51,249 nucleotides of DNA, from assembly GCA_944327365.1 (NCBI GenBank), contig CALVHI010000003.1, positions 1 to 51,249 on the forward strand, read 5' to 3'. The notes below the pieces were generated by a model. It made no database searches, was not told the DNA's origin, and saw only the letters and a list, made by a program, of their open reading frames with translations. Shown here piece after piece: positions 29,042 to 38,649 of the stretch (positions are counted from its first letter, which is position 1; each line of letters begins with the position of its first letter). The stretch comes from an uncultured Bacilli bacterium (GTDB lineage Bacteria; Bacillota_I; Bacilli_A; RF39; UBA660). The position numbers were made by a program, and so were the translations under genes.

Positions 29042-30153
29042 AGTCCCTCCTGATTTTTGTATTTTTCAATAATTGCATCCACTATATATTTACTTGCAAA
29101 ACCATCGCCATATGGATTCACTGCTTTTGCCATTTTTTCGTATTCTTCTTTATTCGTTAAAAGTTTTTTTGTTTCTTCATAGATTTTGTCTGTGTCGGTT
29201 CCAACTAGCTTAAGCGTTCCCGCTTCTATTCCTTCCGGTCTTTCGGTTGTATCACGTAAAACTAATACTGGTTTCCCAAGAGATGGTGCTTCTTCTTGAA
29301 CTCCTCCACTGTCTGTAAGAATTAAGTAAGTTTTATTTTGAAAGTTATGAAAATCAAAAACTTCTAATGGTTCAATCATTTTCACTTTATCACATTCTCC
29401 TAAGACTTCATTAGCTATCTCTCTAACTTTTGGATTTAGGTGGATTGGATATATCACTTTTACATCATCAAACTCATCTACTATTCTTTTTATTGCTGTA
29501 AATATATGACGCATTGGTTCCCCTAGATTTTCACGTCTATGAGCCGTTAATAAAATCATTCTATCACTGCCAATCCAATCAAAAACGGGATGGTAATAAT
29601 TATCGGTCACAGTTGTTTTCATTGCATCAATAACAGTATTTCCTGTTACATAGATGGTTTTTTCTTTTTTGTTATCATTTAATAAATTTTGCTTACTAAG
29701 TTCTGTTGGTGCAAAATTCATATCAGCTAGACATGATACCATTTGTCTGTTCATTTCTTCTGGATATGGTGAATATTTATTATAAGTTCTTAGTCCTGCT
29801 TCTACATGACCAATATCTACTTGGTTATAGAAAGCTGCTAGGGCGCCTGCAAAAGTAGTTGTTGTATCACCATGAACCAAAACGATGTCAGGTTTAACTT
29901 CTTTTATTACACTCTCTAACCCTACTAAAGCACGTGTTGTGATATCTGCTAGAGTTTGTCCTTGTTTCATAATATTTAAATCATAATCAGGTACAATTTT
30001 GAAAGTTTCTAATACCTGATCTAACATTTCTCTATGTTGGGCTGTTACACATACAATACATTCAATTTCTTTTCTACTCTTTAATTCTTGAACTAGTGGG
30101 GCCATTTTGATTGCCTCTGGTCTAGTTCCAAATATTGTCATTACTTTAATCAT
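29038..30153 (-). CDS. wecB: UDP-N-acetylglucosamine 2-epimerase (non-hydrolysing)
   Basis: IFGTRPEAIKMAP, HGDTTT, HVEAGLRT, TDSGGVQEEAP, NPYGDG; probable start MIKVM. Confidence 0.97.
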   Translation of the reverse strand: MIKVMTIFGTRPEAIKMAPLVQELKSRKEIECIVCVTAQHREMLDQVLETFKIVPDYDLNIMKQGQTLADITTRALVGLESVIKEVKPDIVLVHGDTTTTFAGALAAFYNQVDIGHVEAGLRTYNKYSPYPEEMNRQMVSCLADMNFAPTELSKQNLLNDNKKEKTIYVTGNTVIDAMKTTVTDNYYHPVFDWIGSDRMILLTAHRRENLGEPMRHIFTAIKRIVDEFDDVKVIYPIHLNPKVREIANEVLGECDKVKMIEPLEVFDFHNFQNKTYLILTDSGGVQEEAPSLGKPVLVLRDTTERPEGIEAGTLKLVGTDTDKIYEETKKLLTNKEEYEKMAKAVNPYGDGFASKYIVDAIIEKYKNQEGL

Positions 30154-31225
30154 TATCATCCCCAGCTTTCTTCATTTGTTTTTCCTTTTTCTTATGCTTA
30201 AATATTATATCTGTTTTCAAAACAAAGAATAGTACTATAATCATTAATATAACATAAAGAATAATTGCTAATTGATTATCACCAATTACATAAAAGATGG
30301 ATACAGCAGAAAATAGTACATTAACAAAATAAATTATTAATACGGTTTTTCTAGTAGTAAAATTCATTTTAAGTAGTTGATGATGTAAATGATCTTTATC
30401 CGGCTTACCAATAGATTCTCCTTTTAGTAATCTTCTTACTATAGCAAATAATGTATCAAAAATTGGAATAGATAATATAAGCAGCGGTACAACTAATGAT
30501 GTAATTGTAGTCATTTTAAATCCTAGCAAAGAGATAACAGCAATCATAAAGCCTAAAAATAAACTTCCGGAGTCACCCATAAATATTTTTGCCGGCGGAA
30601 AGTTGTGTCCTAAAAATCCGATGGTTGCTCCTAACATAATTAATGATAGAATAATATCTAATCCACCAATACGATTTACAATAAATGCAATAATAGCTAT
30701 TGTTGCATAGTTTATAGCGCTTATCCCTGCCGCTAAACCATCTAAGCCATCAATTAAATTAATGGCATTTGCTATAGCCACAATAAATAGCACTGATAAA
30801 ATAGTACCAGCCCAATATGGAAAGTCAATACGTAAACCTAAAAAGGTTATTTCTGTAAAATAAGTGCTTCCATAAAACACCACAATAGCTGCGGCAATAA
30901 TTTGAAACAAAAATTTTGTTCTAGCTCTAATTGGTTTTATATCATCAATAAATCCAGTAAGAACAATAATAAATGCTCCAATTAAAATAGATAACATTTG
31001 AGTAGTTGGATCACCATAGATCATGTATCCAATAATAAAGGCTCCAAATATGGCTAATCCGCCACATCTTGGCATCGGAACTTTATGTACTTTTCTTTCA
31101 TTTGGCTCATCAATAGCTCCTACATGATAAGCAATTCTTTTTGCCAAATAAGTTAGCAAGTAACTTGAAATGATTGTTACTAATAATATAAGATATATAG
31201 AATATCCATTTACTTCTAAATTCAT
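30146..31225 (-). CDS. tagO: Undecaprenyl-phosphate GlcNAc-1-phosphate transferase (TagO/WecA)
   Basis: GFIDD, NAINLIDGLDGL, IFMGDSGS, DKDHLHHQL. Confidence 0.93.
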   Translation of the reverse strand: MNLEVNGYSIYLILLVTIISSYLLTYLAKRIAYHVGAIDEPNERKVHKVPMPRCGGLAIFGAFIIGYMIYGDPTTQMLSILIGAFIIVLTGFIDDIKPIRARTKFLFQIIAAAIVVFYGSTYFTEITFLGLRIDFPYWAGTILSVLFIVAIANAINLIDGLDGLAAGISAINYATIAIIAFIVNRIGGLDIILSLIMLGATIGFLGHNFPPAKIFMGDSGSLFLGFMIAVISLLGFKMTTITSLVVPLLILSIPIFDTLFAIVRRLLKGESIGKPDKDHLHHQLLKMNFTTRKTVLIIYFVNVLFSAVSIFYVIGDNQLAIILYVILMIIVLFFVLKTDIIFKHKKKEKQMKKAGDDND

Positions 31226-31274
31226 ACTTTCACCTGATAATATAATAACATAAATAATAGTAAAAAAAAAGAAT

Positions 31275-31997
31275 TTAACTCTTTTTCTTTTCTTTTTTTA
31301 TTTCAAATATAAATTTTACATTGCTATTATAAAATCTTTTTAATCTACTAGGTTCTTTTATTATACGATATAACCACTCTAAATTCAATTTGATAAATAT
31401 TTTTGGTGCTCTTTTCTTGTGCCCACTAATTACATCGAAAGAACCCCCTACTCCCACAAATATCCCTTTTTTGAATTGATCTAAATATTGATAAATTAGT
31501 TTCTCTTGATCCGGTATTCCCAAAGCGACTAAAATAATATCTGGCTCTTTTTTTATTATATCTTTCATTACTTTATCACGATCTTTTACATAACCATTTT
31601 GATAACCTACTACTTTTAAATTAGGATATTTTTCTTTTACTACTTTTAATAAATCATCTATTATTTCTTGCTTAGCACCAAAAAAGTAAATACTCTTTTT
31701 TAATTCATTTCCTAATTGCAATAATTCGCTTGCAATATCGATGCCTGCTATTCTTTCTATTATATTTACTCCTAATATTTGAGCTGCTTTTACCACACCT
31801 ATTCCGTCTGGAACAATCACTGTATTTTGATCATTTAATATTTTTGATACAGTATCGTCCTTTGTAGCATATTTTAAAGTTTCAGGATTAGCAGTTACTA
31901 TTAATCTTTTTTGATTCTTGTTTAACATATTTTTTAATTCTTTAAAGAACATGCTTTTTTCTTGATTATACATTTTTTCTAAATATGACTTATACAT
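31275..31997 (-). CDS. tagA: WecG/TagA/CpsF family glycosyltransferase
   Basis: VTANPE, PDGIGV, ERIAGID, GVGGSFDV, LEWLYR; probable start MYKSY after GAGG. Confidence 0.9.
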   Translation of the reverse strand: MYKSYLEKMYNQEKSMFFKELKNMLNKNQKRLIVTANPETLKYATKDDTVSKILNDQNTVIVPDGIGVVKAAQILGVNIIERIAGIDIASELLQLGNELKKSIYFFGAKQEIIDDLLKVVKEKYPNLKVVGYQNGYVKDRDKVMKDIIKKEPDIILVALGIPDQEKLIYQYLDQFKKGIFVGVGGSFDVISGHKKRAPKIFIKLNLEWLYRIIKEPSRLKRFYNSNVKFIFEIKKEKKKS

Positions 31998-31999
31998 AA

Positions 32000-33115
32000 T
32001 TACCTCGTTTCTAATAACTTTAGCCAAAGTTTTCGAACTTCTTTTACATTATACTTATTTTTTCTTTTACTATTTGATTGTTCTTTTTCTTTTAAAATTT
32101 CCCTATTATTTAGGTAATATAAAACTCTTTTTGCCATTTGATTTGTATCTCGATTAGGTATTAACAACTCTTTATCATTTTCGAGAACTTCGCAGGCACC
32201 TTGAGCACTATCAAATGCTAAAGGTAAGATTCCTGCTTCCATTGCTTCTAATAATACAATTCCAAATGATTCTGTATAAGAAGTCATCAGGTATATTGTA
32301 CTGTTCGCTAAATGCTTGGAAATCTCTTCACTATTTAAAAAACCTAGTAAATGCACTTTGTTTTCTAAATGATATTCCTCTATTTTAGAAATTATCTTTT
32401 CTTTTTCTGGGCCATCTCCAATCAAGGTAAGTTCAGCATCTTTATTTTTTTCATTTATTTTTTTCATAACTTCTATCAAGTCTAAGAAACCCTTTTCAGG
32501 ATTTAGCCGTCCTACGCTAATAATTTTGCTATTATTTAGCTTAGATTTTATTTTTATTTTTAGGTCATAAGTATTTGGAATATAAAAGCATTTTACTTCT
32601 GTTTTATCTTTATAGAATTCATAAAGCTCTTTTGAAACAAGTACAAAATAATCCAGTTTTTTAATGCAATTTAAAGTTTTTTTAATATATTTTGTGTTGT
32701 TATTATGATGATTGTGTTCGGTTGCTATTTTAATTATGTTTTTTTTGGCATATTTTCCAACATACTTATTATGAAATGCACGTGTTGTTATAATATAGTC
32801 GCTTGTTATGTTTTTAATTGCTTTAATATTTAATTTTCTTTTTAAATATAGTAATTTGACTGATTTTATTCCTTCTTTAAAAGTTAAGAAAAATTTTTTT
32901 GATTTTAAAGCGTTTTTAAATTCTTCTCTGTTTGATATATCGTTAATTAAATAGGTAATTTGGGCTCCTGGATAATCATATACTTTATCTTTACTTTTAT
33001 AAGTAAAAATTACTTCTATCTCATATAAATCTTTTAGCATTAAACAAAGTGTTGAAATATATTTTTCGGCTCCTCCTACACCATCATGAAGAGCCAATAT
33101 GCTAATTTTTTTCAT
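32000..33115 (-). CDS. GT4 glycosyltransferase
   Basis: GGAEK, VGRLNPEKG, ESFGIVLLEAM. Confidence 0.9.
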   Translation of the reverse strand: MKKISILALHDGVGGAEKYISTLCLMLKDLYEIEVIFTYKSKDKVYDYPGAQITYLINDISNREEFKNALKSKKFFLTFKEGIKSVKLLYLKRKLNIKAIKNITSDYIITTRAFHNKYVGKYAKKNIIKIATEHNHHNNNTKYIKKTLNCIKKLDYFVLVSKELYEFYKDKTEVKCFYIPNTYDLKIKIKSKLNNSKIISVGRLNPEKGFLDLIEVMKKINEKNKDAELTLIGDGPEKEKIISKIEEYHLENKVHLLGFLNSEEISKHLANSTIYLMTSYTESFGIVLLEAMEAGILPLAFDSAQGACEVLENDKELLIPNRDTNQMAKRVLYYLNNREILKEKEQSNSKRKNKYNVKEVRKLWLKLLETR

Positions 33116-34409
33116 TTTCTGTCCTATCTTTTTTATTAAAGAATATTAATAATGCAATAATTGCTAAATAAGATGTTACTGCTGGAGCACCTAAAACATG
33201 TCCTGAAATAGTTGATATTCCTAGAGACAAACCTATAAGTAATGAATCCGCTATAAGATTTGGATAATTTTCTATTTCATGTTTTTTAATTCTTACAACT
33301 CCTTTTATAATTAAGAAAATAAATGGTGCAATAATAATTAATAAACCTATTAATCCACTTCTTATTAAAATGTCAAAAGCATCCATTTCGATTAACTTAT
33401 CATTTTGTTGAGCATCTTCTTCAAACCCAATACCAAATAATTTATTTTCTAAACTACTATTTTTATAAATTTCTAGGTTTTCTTCTAAATAAATGTTTCT
33501 ACTACTTAAAAGTTTATCTATAATCGTCGGTTGTTCATTTGGCTTATTTGGAATAGTTGGGGGTATTGGCTCTTCAGGTACTACGGGAGTCACCGGATTA
33601 GTGGATTCTTCTCTGTCCAATAATTCAAATAAATTATTAGCATTAAACACACATAATGTGCATATTATTACACTTACTAACATTATTAATTTTTTAATCT
33701 TTTCTTTTGAGCTAAATAAATAAATTAAGAAAGTATATACAGTGATAATAATCATTCCGTAGTTTGCTACTTTAGTAAGAATCAATGAGATTAATAAACA
33801 AGACAACGTAAAGACAATTAAATATTTTATATTACTTTTTTCTAATAATTTAAAACTACTAGAAAAGAGAATTAAACATATTGTGCCCACTTCATTGGCA
33901 GCATAAAACCAACCATTAAATCCTTCTAATTCAACACGATAAGAATAAAAATATGATTGTGTAATAATTGGTATGAGTAGTAATATTAAATATGTAATTA
34001 AATTTATTAATAAAATTTTGTTCCATTTTTGTGAGTCAAATTTATGTTCTGAATAATATAAAATCATTCCCACTATAAGAATAGGAAAATAGAAGAATTT
34101 AAACATATGATTAAATGTAACATATAATGACCTAATATTTGTTATATCACTTGCTACTAAGCAATGAATTATTCCATATATAATACAGATAATTAAATAG
34201 ATTATTGATTTTTTTTTGTATTTACTTTTGCTTATAAAGAAAATATAAAATATAAAATATAATAAAAATGCTATTCTCACCATCAATCCTAATGTCAACG
34301 GAAAATCTAAAAACCTAGTCATTAAACTAGTTATTAGATTTATTATTGGAAAAAGAGCATACAAAATATATATCCAATTTTCTTTGATTTTTGTCATATC
34401 ACTTCTCAC
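33102..34409 (-). CDS. O-antigen ligase / Wzy-like polymerase
   Basis: Multi-TM; GWFYAANEVG, LLSSRN, KLFGIG, EMDAFD, SGHVLGAP. Confidence 0.78.
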   Translation of the reverse strand: MRSDMTKIKENWIYILYALFPIINLITSLMTRFLDFPLTLGLMVRIAFLLYFIFYIFFISKSKYKKKSIIYLIICIIYGIIHCLVASDITNIRSLYVTFNHMFKFFYFPILIVGMILYYSEHKFDSQKWNKILLINLITYLILLLIPIITQSYFYSYRVELEGFNGWFYAANEVGTICLILFSSSFKLLEKSNIKYLIVFTLSCLLISLILTKVANYGMIIITVYTFLIYLFSSKEKIKKLIMLVSVIICTLCVFNANNLFELLDREESTNPVTPVVPEEPIPPTIPNKPNEQPTIIDKLLSSRNIYLEENLEIYKNSSLENKLFGIGFEEDAQQNDKLIEMDAFDILIRSGLIGLLIIIAPFIFLIIKGVVRIKKHEIENYPNLIADSLLIGLSLGISTISGHVLGAPAVTSYLAIIALLIFFNKKDRTENEKN

Positions 34410-35928
34410 CCTTTATTAATTTAGATTTTCGACAAATCTTGATAAATACTTCTTTTATTAATCCTTTTTCATAAGTATTCATAATTATGACATACATATA
34501 AATAGAATATAAAATTGAATAAATAGAAATATACATTATTAAGTATAACAGTGACATAGGTAGCTTGTCAACTAATATTTTTAATAATATAGCAATACTT
34601 AACACTGGGATGACAATTTTAGTGAAATTAATCCAGTATCTTTTTATATTTAATTTAATAACTTTACTGTAATATATATTCATAGCAATAATTTGTCCTA
34701 GTATAACAGCAATTGCAGTTCCGATGGCTGCACCAATACTATTATATTTCATAGCAAGAGGAATTGATATTACAATATTGAGTATAGCTATAATAAAAAA
34801 AATTACGGCCCTAAATTGATGTTTGTTCATCGCTTGTAATACATAAATTCCAATGTTTTGGCTTAAAGGTATTAAATTCGGAAGCATGCAAATCAATACA
34901 ACAAAGTATACTTCTCTAAACTCTTCGCCCACCCATACATCAATAAAGGAAATACCAAACATAATAAAACCACTTGCGATTAAAGTTAATATCATCATCT
35001 GAATTCTACTTACACTATTAAAAATTTCCGAAATTTTACTAATCGGCTCCTTATTTTCCACCATTTTTGTAAGTTTTGGAAAAAATAGTTGGCTAATTAT
35101 CGCTGAAAAATTACTGTTAGCACTTCTAATTTGCATAGATAGGTTATAGATGGATACTGCAAAAGTACCTGAGACAGCTCCCAAAATTACTTGATCTGTA
35201 TTTTTAAACACCGTATCAACAATTGTCGCTAAAAGTATAAAAAATGAATAATTAAACATTTCTTTCACTAATGGCTTGTTTTCTGATATTTTTTTGAATT
35301 CATATTCAAAATTTAATTTTTTCCTAGCATAATAATAATTTAATAAATAAGTAAATAAATTTACGAAAGCTAAAACTGCTACTAGAGCAATAGATTTATA
35401 TCCAAAAATTAATACAATAATCATTAAAAATGGTTTTAATAAATTTTGTAGTAACACAGTTGTTTTTTGAAACACAAACTTTTCGTTTGCAGTAATATAT
35501 GAACTATAAACACTAAAAGGAAATGAAATGGCAACAGATACTGTCATTATTAAAAGAGATATTTTAAATTTATGAAGTTCTATACTTGTTAATTCTGTAA
35601 ATATAAAGCCAGATATAAAATATAAAATTATGCCTAATAATAAAGCAATAATACCTATTCCTATATAAATTTTTAATAATATTCCATTGATTGTTTTTAT
35701 GTCTTCAGGTTTTTTGTAATTTTTAGATATATATCTTACGGCTGTACTTCCAAGCCCTAAATCTAACACACTAAAATACGCTATTACAGAAGATATTAAA
35801 GCATATATACCATATTCACTAGTTCCTAAATTATTTAAAAGGATTGGTGTGAAGAAAATAGCCACAAATGTGCTAACAGCCATGGAAATATATCCGATAA
35901 TCACACCTAATCTAATTTCTTTTTTCAT
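34399..35928 (-). CDS. Wzx/MOP polysaccharide flippase
   Basis: LGTSEYGIY, LDLGLG, TDQVILG, GAAIGT; many TMs. Confidence 0.9.
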   Translation of the reverse strand: MKKEIRLGVIIGYISMAVSTFVAIFFTPILLNNLGTSEYGIYALISSVIAYFSVLDLGLGSTAVRYISKNYKKPEDIKTINGILLKIYIGIGIIALLLGIILYFISGFIFTELTSIELHKFKISLLIMTVSVAISFPFSVYSSYITANEKFVFQKTTVLLQNLLKPFLMIIVLIFGYKSIALVAVLAFVNLFTYLLNYYYARKKLNFEYEFKKISENKPLVKEMFNYSFFILLATIVDTVFKNTDQVILGAVSGTFAVSIYNLSMQIRSANSNFSAIISQLFFPKLTKMVENKEPISKISEIFNSVSRIQMMILTLIASGFIMFGISFIDVWVGEEFREVYFVVLICMLPNLIPLSQNIGIYVLQAMNKHQFRAVIFFIIAILNIVISIPLAMKYNSIGAAIGTAIAVILGQIIAMNIYYSKVIKLNIKRYWINFTKIVIPVLSIAILLKILVDKLPMSLLYLIMYISIYSILYSIYMYVIIMNTYEKGLIKEVFIKICRKSKLIKGEK

Positions 35929-36938
35929 TTATATACTCCATAACAAACGTAAAAATCGTTTAATTTTGTTTTTCTTAATCCATTACTTATTTGCAATGCA
36001 TCAAATTCGCATGAAGTATTGGCTTCTATGACAACAAAATCATTCTTTGTGACAACTGTATCCCAAGCTATCATGTTAAAAAAATTGAAATCTTTGTGAC
36101 ATTCGATAATTCTTTTTTTTATTTCATTAAATCTTGGTATTTTTGTTCCATAAATTTTTACATTTGTATCTGGATGTACTTTTATTTCAAAAGGATATAC
36201 TTTAGAAACCTCTGTTTTAATAGTTCCTGTCTCCAAATCAATTTCACAAACTATTCCTCCTCTGGATAAATTGTCGGTTGGGGCACTTTTTTTCACACCA
36301 AATCGATGCACTGCAGTAATTGCTTCTATTTCTCCATTAGAATTTTTTATCGTTATCATCCTAATTGTATTTACCGAATTAGGAAATATTTTATGTGAAT
36401 ATTCTGCTTGTCTAATAACTTCTTCAATAATAAAACTGGTCATATTATTTATCAATATTCCGAATTCATTCAAATTAGAAACTTTATTATCTATAATAAT
36501 TTTATTATCCATAATTTCTATTTTTTTTACTTGATTGCCACCACCTAAATTCAGCGGTTTTAAAATATATTTTCCGTCTCTCATTTGATTTAAAAAATTT
36601 TCCAAATTTATGGGATTATTTTTATTATCATATATATGATTTTCTATTTTATAAAAGCACATTTTTGCTAGTGGGATTTTGTCTTTAAATACACTTTTGA
36701 AAATTAATTTATTATCTAATATAATGCTAGCTTTTCCATTTATTTTAAATCTATTTTTTAACCTTATATAATCTGGAACATAATCTTTATAGTTATTTTT
36801 ATCCAATCCATATATAGCATATTCGTCTACATTAAAGCCATGAATAAAAGCTTTAAAAGTTCTTCTTGCTCCTATTTTATTTTTTCTGTTTTTAAATGAA
36901 TTGTAACTGTATTTAAGATATCTTAAAAATTTTTTCAT
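35925..36938 (-). CDS. Sugar-transfer-associated ATP-grasp protein
   Basis: LDNKL, ILKP..GGG, SVNTIRMIT, DNLSRGG, IAWD..VIEAN. Confidence 0.85.
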   Translation of the reverse strand: MKKFLRYLKYSYNSFKNRKNKIGARRTFKAFIHGFNVDEYAIYGLDKNNYKDYVPDYIRLKNRFKINGKASIILDNKLIFKSVFKDKIPLAKMCFYKIENHIYDNKNNPINLENFLNQMRDGKYILKPLNLGGGNQVKKIEIMDNKIIIDNKVSNLNEFGILINNMTSFIIEEVIRQAEYSHKIFPNSVNTIRMITIKNSNGEIEAITAVHRFGVKKSAPTDNLSRGGIVCEIDLETGTIKTEVSKVYPFEIKVHPDTNVKIYGTKIPRFNEIKKRIIECHKDFNFFNMIAWDTVVTKNDFVVIEANTSCEFDALQISNGLRKTKLNDFYVCYGVYK

Positions 36939-36953
36939 CTCTTATTTCCTTTC

Positions 36954-37385
36954 CTAGTTCTCTAAATACCTGTTTATAAATTTAGTTAATTTTGTTGATG
37001 AGGTTGATTTTGTGTACTCAAAGTAAACTATATCTACACCATAATTTTCTTTTAAATCCTTTTCGACTTTATTATAGAAGTCTGTTCCTTTCCAATCATC
37101 ACCCATAAAAATAGCATTAAATTTGTATTTTTTTAGTGCTTCTATTTTATCCCTATTTTCCATTTTTACGGCTTTATCTACACATTTTAAAGCACCCACT
37201 ATTCTTAATCTTTCCTCAAATGGAATAACTGGCTTTTTATTTTTATATTCTAATACTAATTCATCTGTATTTACTCCTACTATTAAATAGTCGCAATGCT
37301 TTTTAGCATTTTCTAATAAATTTAAATGACCTATGTGAAATAAATCAAATGTTCCTTGAACAAAACCAATTTTGTACTTTTTCAT
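36954..37385 (-). CDS. tagD: Glycerol-3-phosphate cytidylyltransferase family
   Basis: GTFDLFHIGHLNLL, MGDDWKG, TSST. Confidence 0.88.
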   Translation of the reverse strand: MKKYKIGFVQGTFDLFHIGHLNLLENAKKHCDYLIVGVNTDELVLEYKNKKPVIPFEERLRIVGALKCVDKAVKMENRDKIEALKKYKFNAIFMGDDWKGTDFYNKVEKDLKENYGVDIVYFEYTKSTSSTKLTKFINRYLEN

Positions 37386-38569
37386 TTTTCCTCTCCTATC
37401 TTAAAATACTTTATAATTCTTTCTGATGATTTATTGTCTTTATAAGTGTGAAATAGATTTTTCATTTTTTTTCTTTCTTTGTCATATTTATCTTGATTTA
37501 AATTTAATGATTCAATGAATTTGATTAAATCATCTTTATTTTTCATTAACATTCCCGGCATATAATCTAATGGATTGTCAATTGAAAAACCTATTCCATT
37601 TTTATATTGTTCAATATTTTCGATTTCAAAAGCTATTGGTTTATCCAATAATAGATAGTCCACATAAGCTGACGAAAAATCAGTGATTAATGCATCTGTT
37701 ACAGCCATGAATTGATAAAGGGTATAATTATTATCAATTAAATCTTTATCTTTCATTATTTTTATATTTGTATTTTCTTTTATGTTAAAATATTTCATAT
37801 CCTGTCCAGGATGTGGTTTTAAAATTAAAACTATATTATATTTTTCTAACTCATTATTTATTTCATTTAAATTATTCTCAGATATTATACCAACATCTGA
37901 GGGAGTTAGCTCATTTAAATCATTACGATTATCAACGTTTGAATGCTTAAATGTTGGTAACCATAAAATTATTTTTTTATCATCCTTTAAATTAAATATT
38001 CTTTTTAGGTTATTTTTTTCTTTTTGATTAATATAAAGCATGTCATTTCTTGGATAGCCTAAAACGTGGCATTTTCCTTCAACTCCTTGTTTTGTTTGAC
38101 AATGTATTTCTTCGGTAAATTTAGATGTTACTATAGCATCGGTTACGTCCACAAAAAAATCTTTATAAACATTTTTTAAATTTTTAAATGATGTACCGTG
38201 CATTAAAAAGCATCTTACTTGATGTTTATTATATTTATTACCTACAAAACAATGTGTAAAAAAGCAATAGTCAGCAATCGACATAATAAACATTGTTTTT
38301 ATATATTTAAATTTTTTGTTATGTTTTTTAGTGATAAAATAGGTATTATCCATTTTTTTTGAGCTGTATTCTTTAGGTTCATTTACCAACCAATAGATTT
38401 TATATGATTTATTTATTTTTTTTTGCATTAAATAATCATATAAAGCTTTTGCATTATCACTTAAATCTGGTACACTTTCAAATAATATTATTTTTGTTTT
38501 TTTAAATGGTTTTATAAAAAAAGTGAACAAGTATATAATAAATAAAGAAATTTTTTTTATAGTTCTCAT
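37382..38569 (-). CDS. CDP-glycerol glycerophosphotransferase (TagB/TagF family)
   Basis: LMHGT, GYPRND, LWLPTF, KPHP, LITDFSS..DYLLLDKP. Confidence 0.92.
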   Translation of the reverse strand: MRTIKKISLFIIYLFTFFIKPFKKTKIILFESVPDLSDNAKALYDYLMQKKINKSYKIYWLVNEPKEYSSKKMDNTYFITKKHNKKFKYIKTMFIMSIADYCFFTHCFVGNKYNKHQVRCFLMHGTSFKNLKNVYKDFFVDVTDAIVTSKFTEEIHCQTKQGVEGKCHVLGYPRNDMLYINQKEKNNLKRIFNLKDDKKIILWLPTFKHSNVDNRNDLNELTPSDVGIISENNLNEINNELEKYNIVLILKPHPGQDMKYFNIKENTNIKIMKDKDLIDNNYTLYQFMAVTDALITDFSSAYVDYLLLDKPIAFEIENIEQYKNGIGFSIDNPLDYMPGMLMKNKDDLIKFIESLNLNQDKYDKERKKMKNLFHTYKDNKSSERIIKYFKIGEEK

Positions 38570-38649
38570 GAATACTTCACCTGATAATAATTATAACACG
38601 TATATTCTTATATCGCAAACTTTACTTGTTTATTTAACAAAAAAGAGCA

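Noticed and set aside
33520-33610. Pro-rich stretch in the Wzy-like protein as a variable repeat
   Set aside because: A low-complexity linker with no tandem DNA repeat
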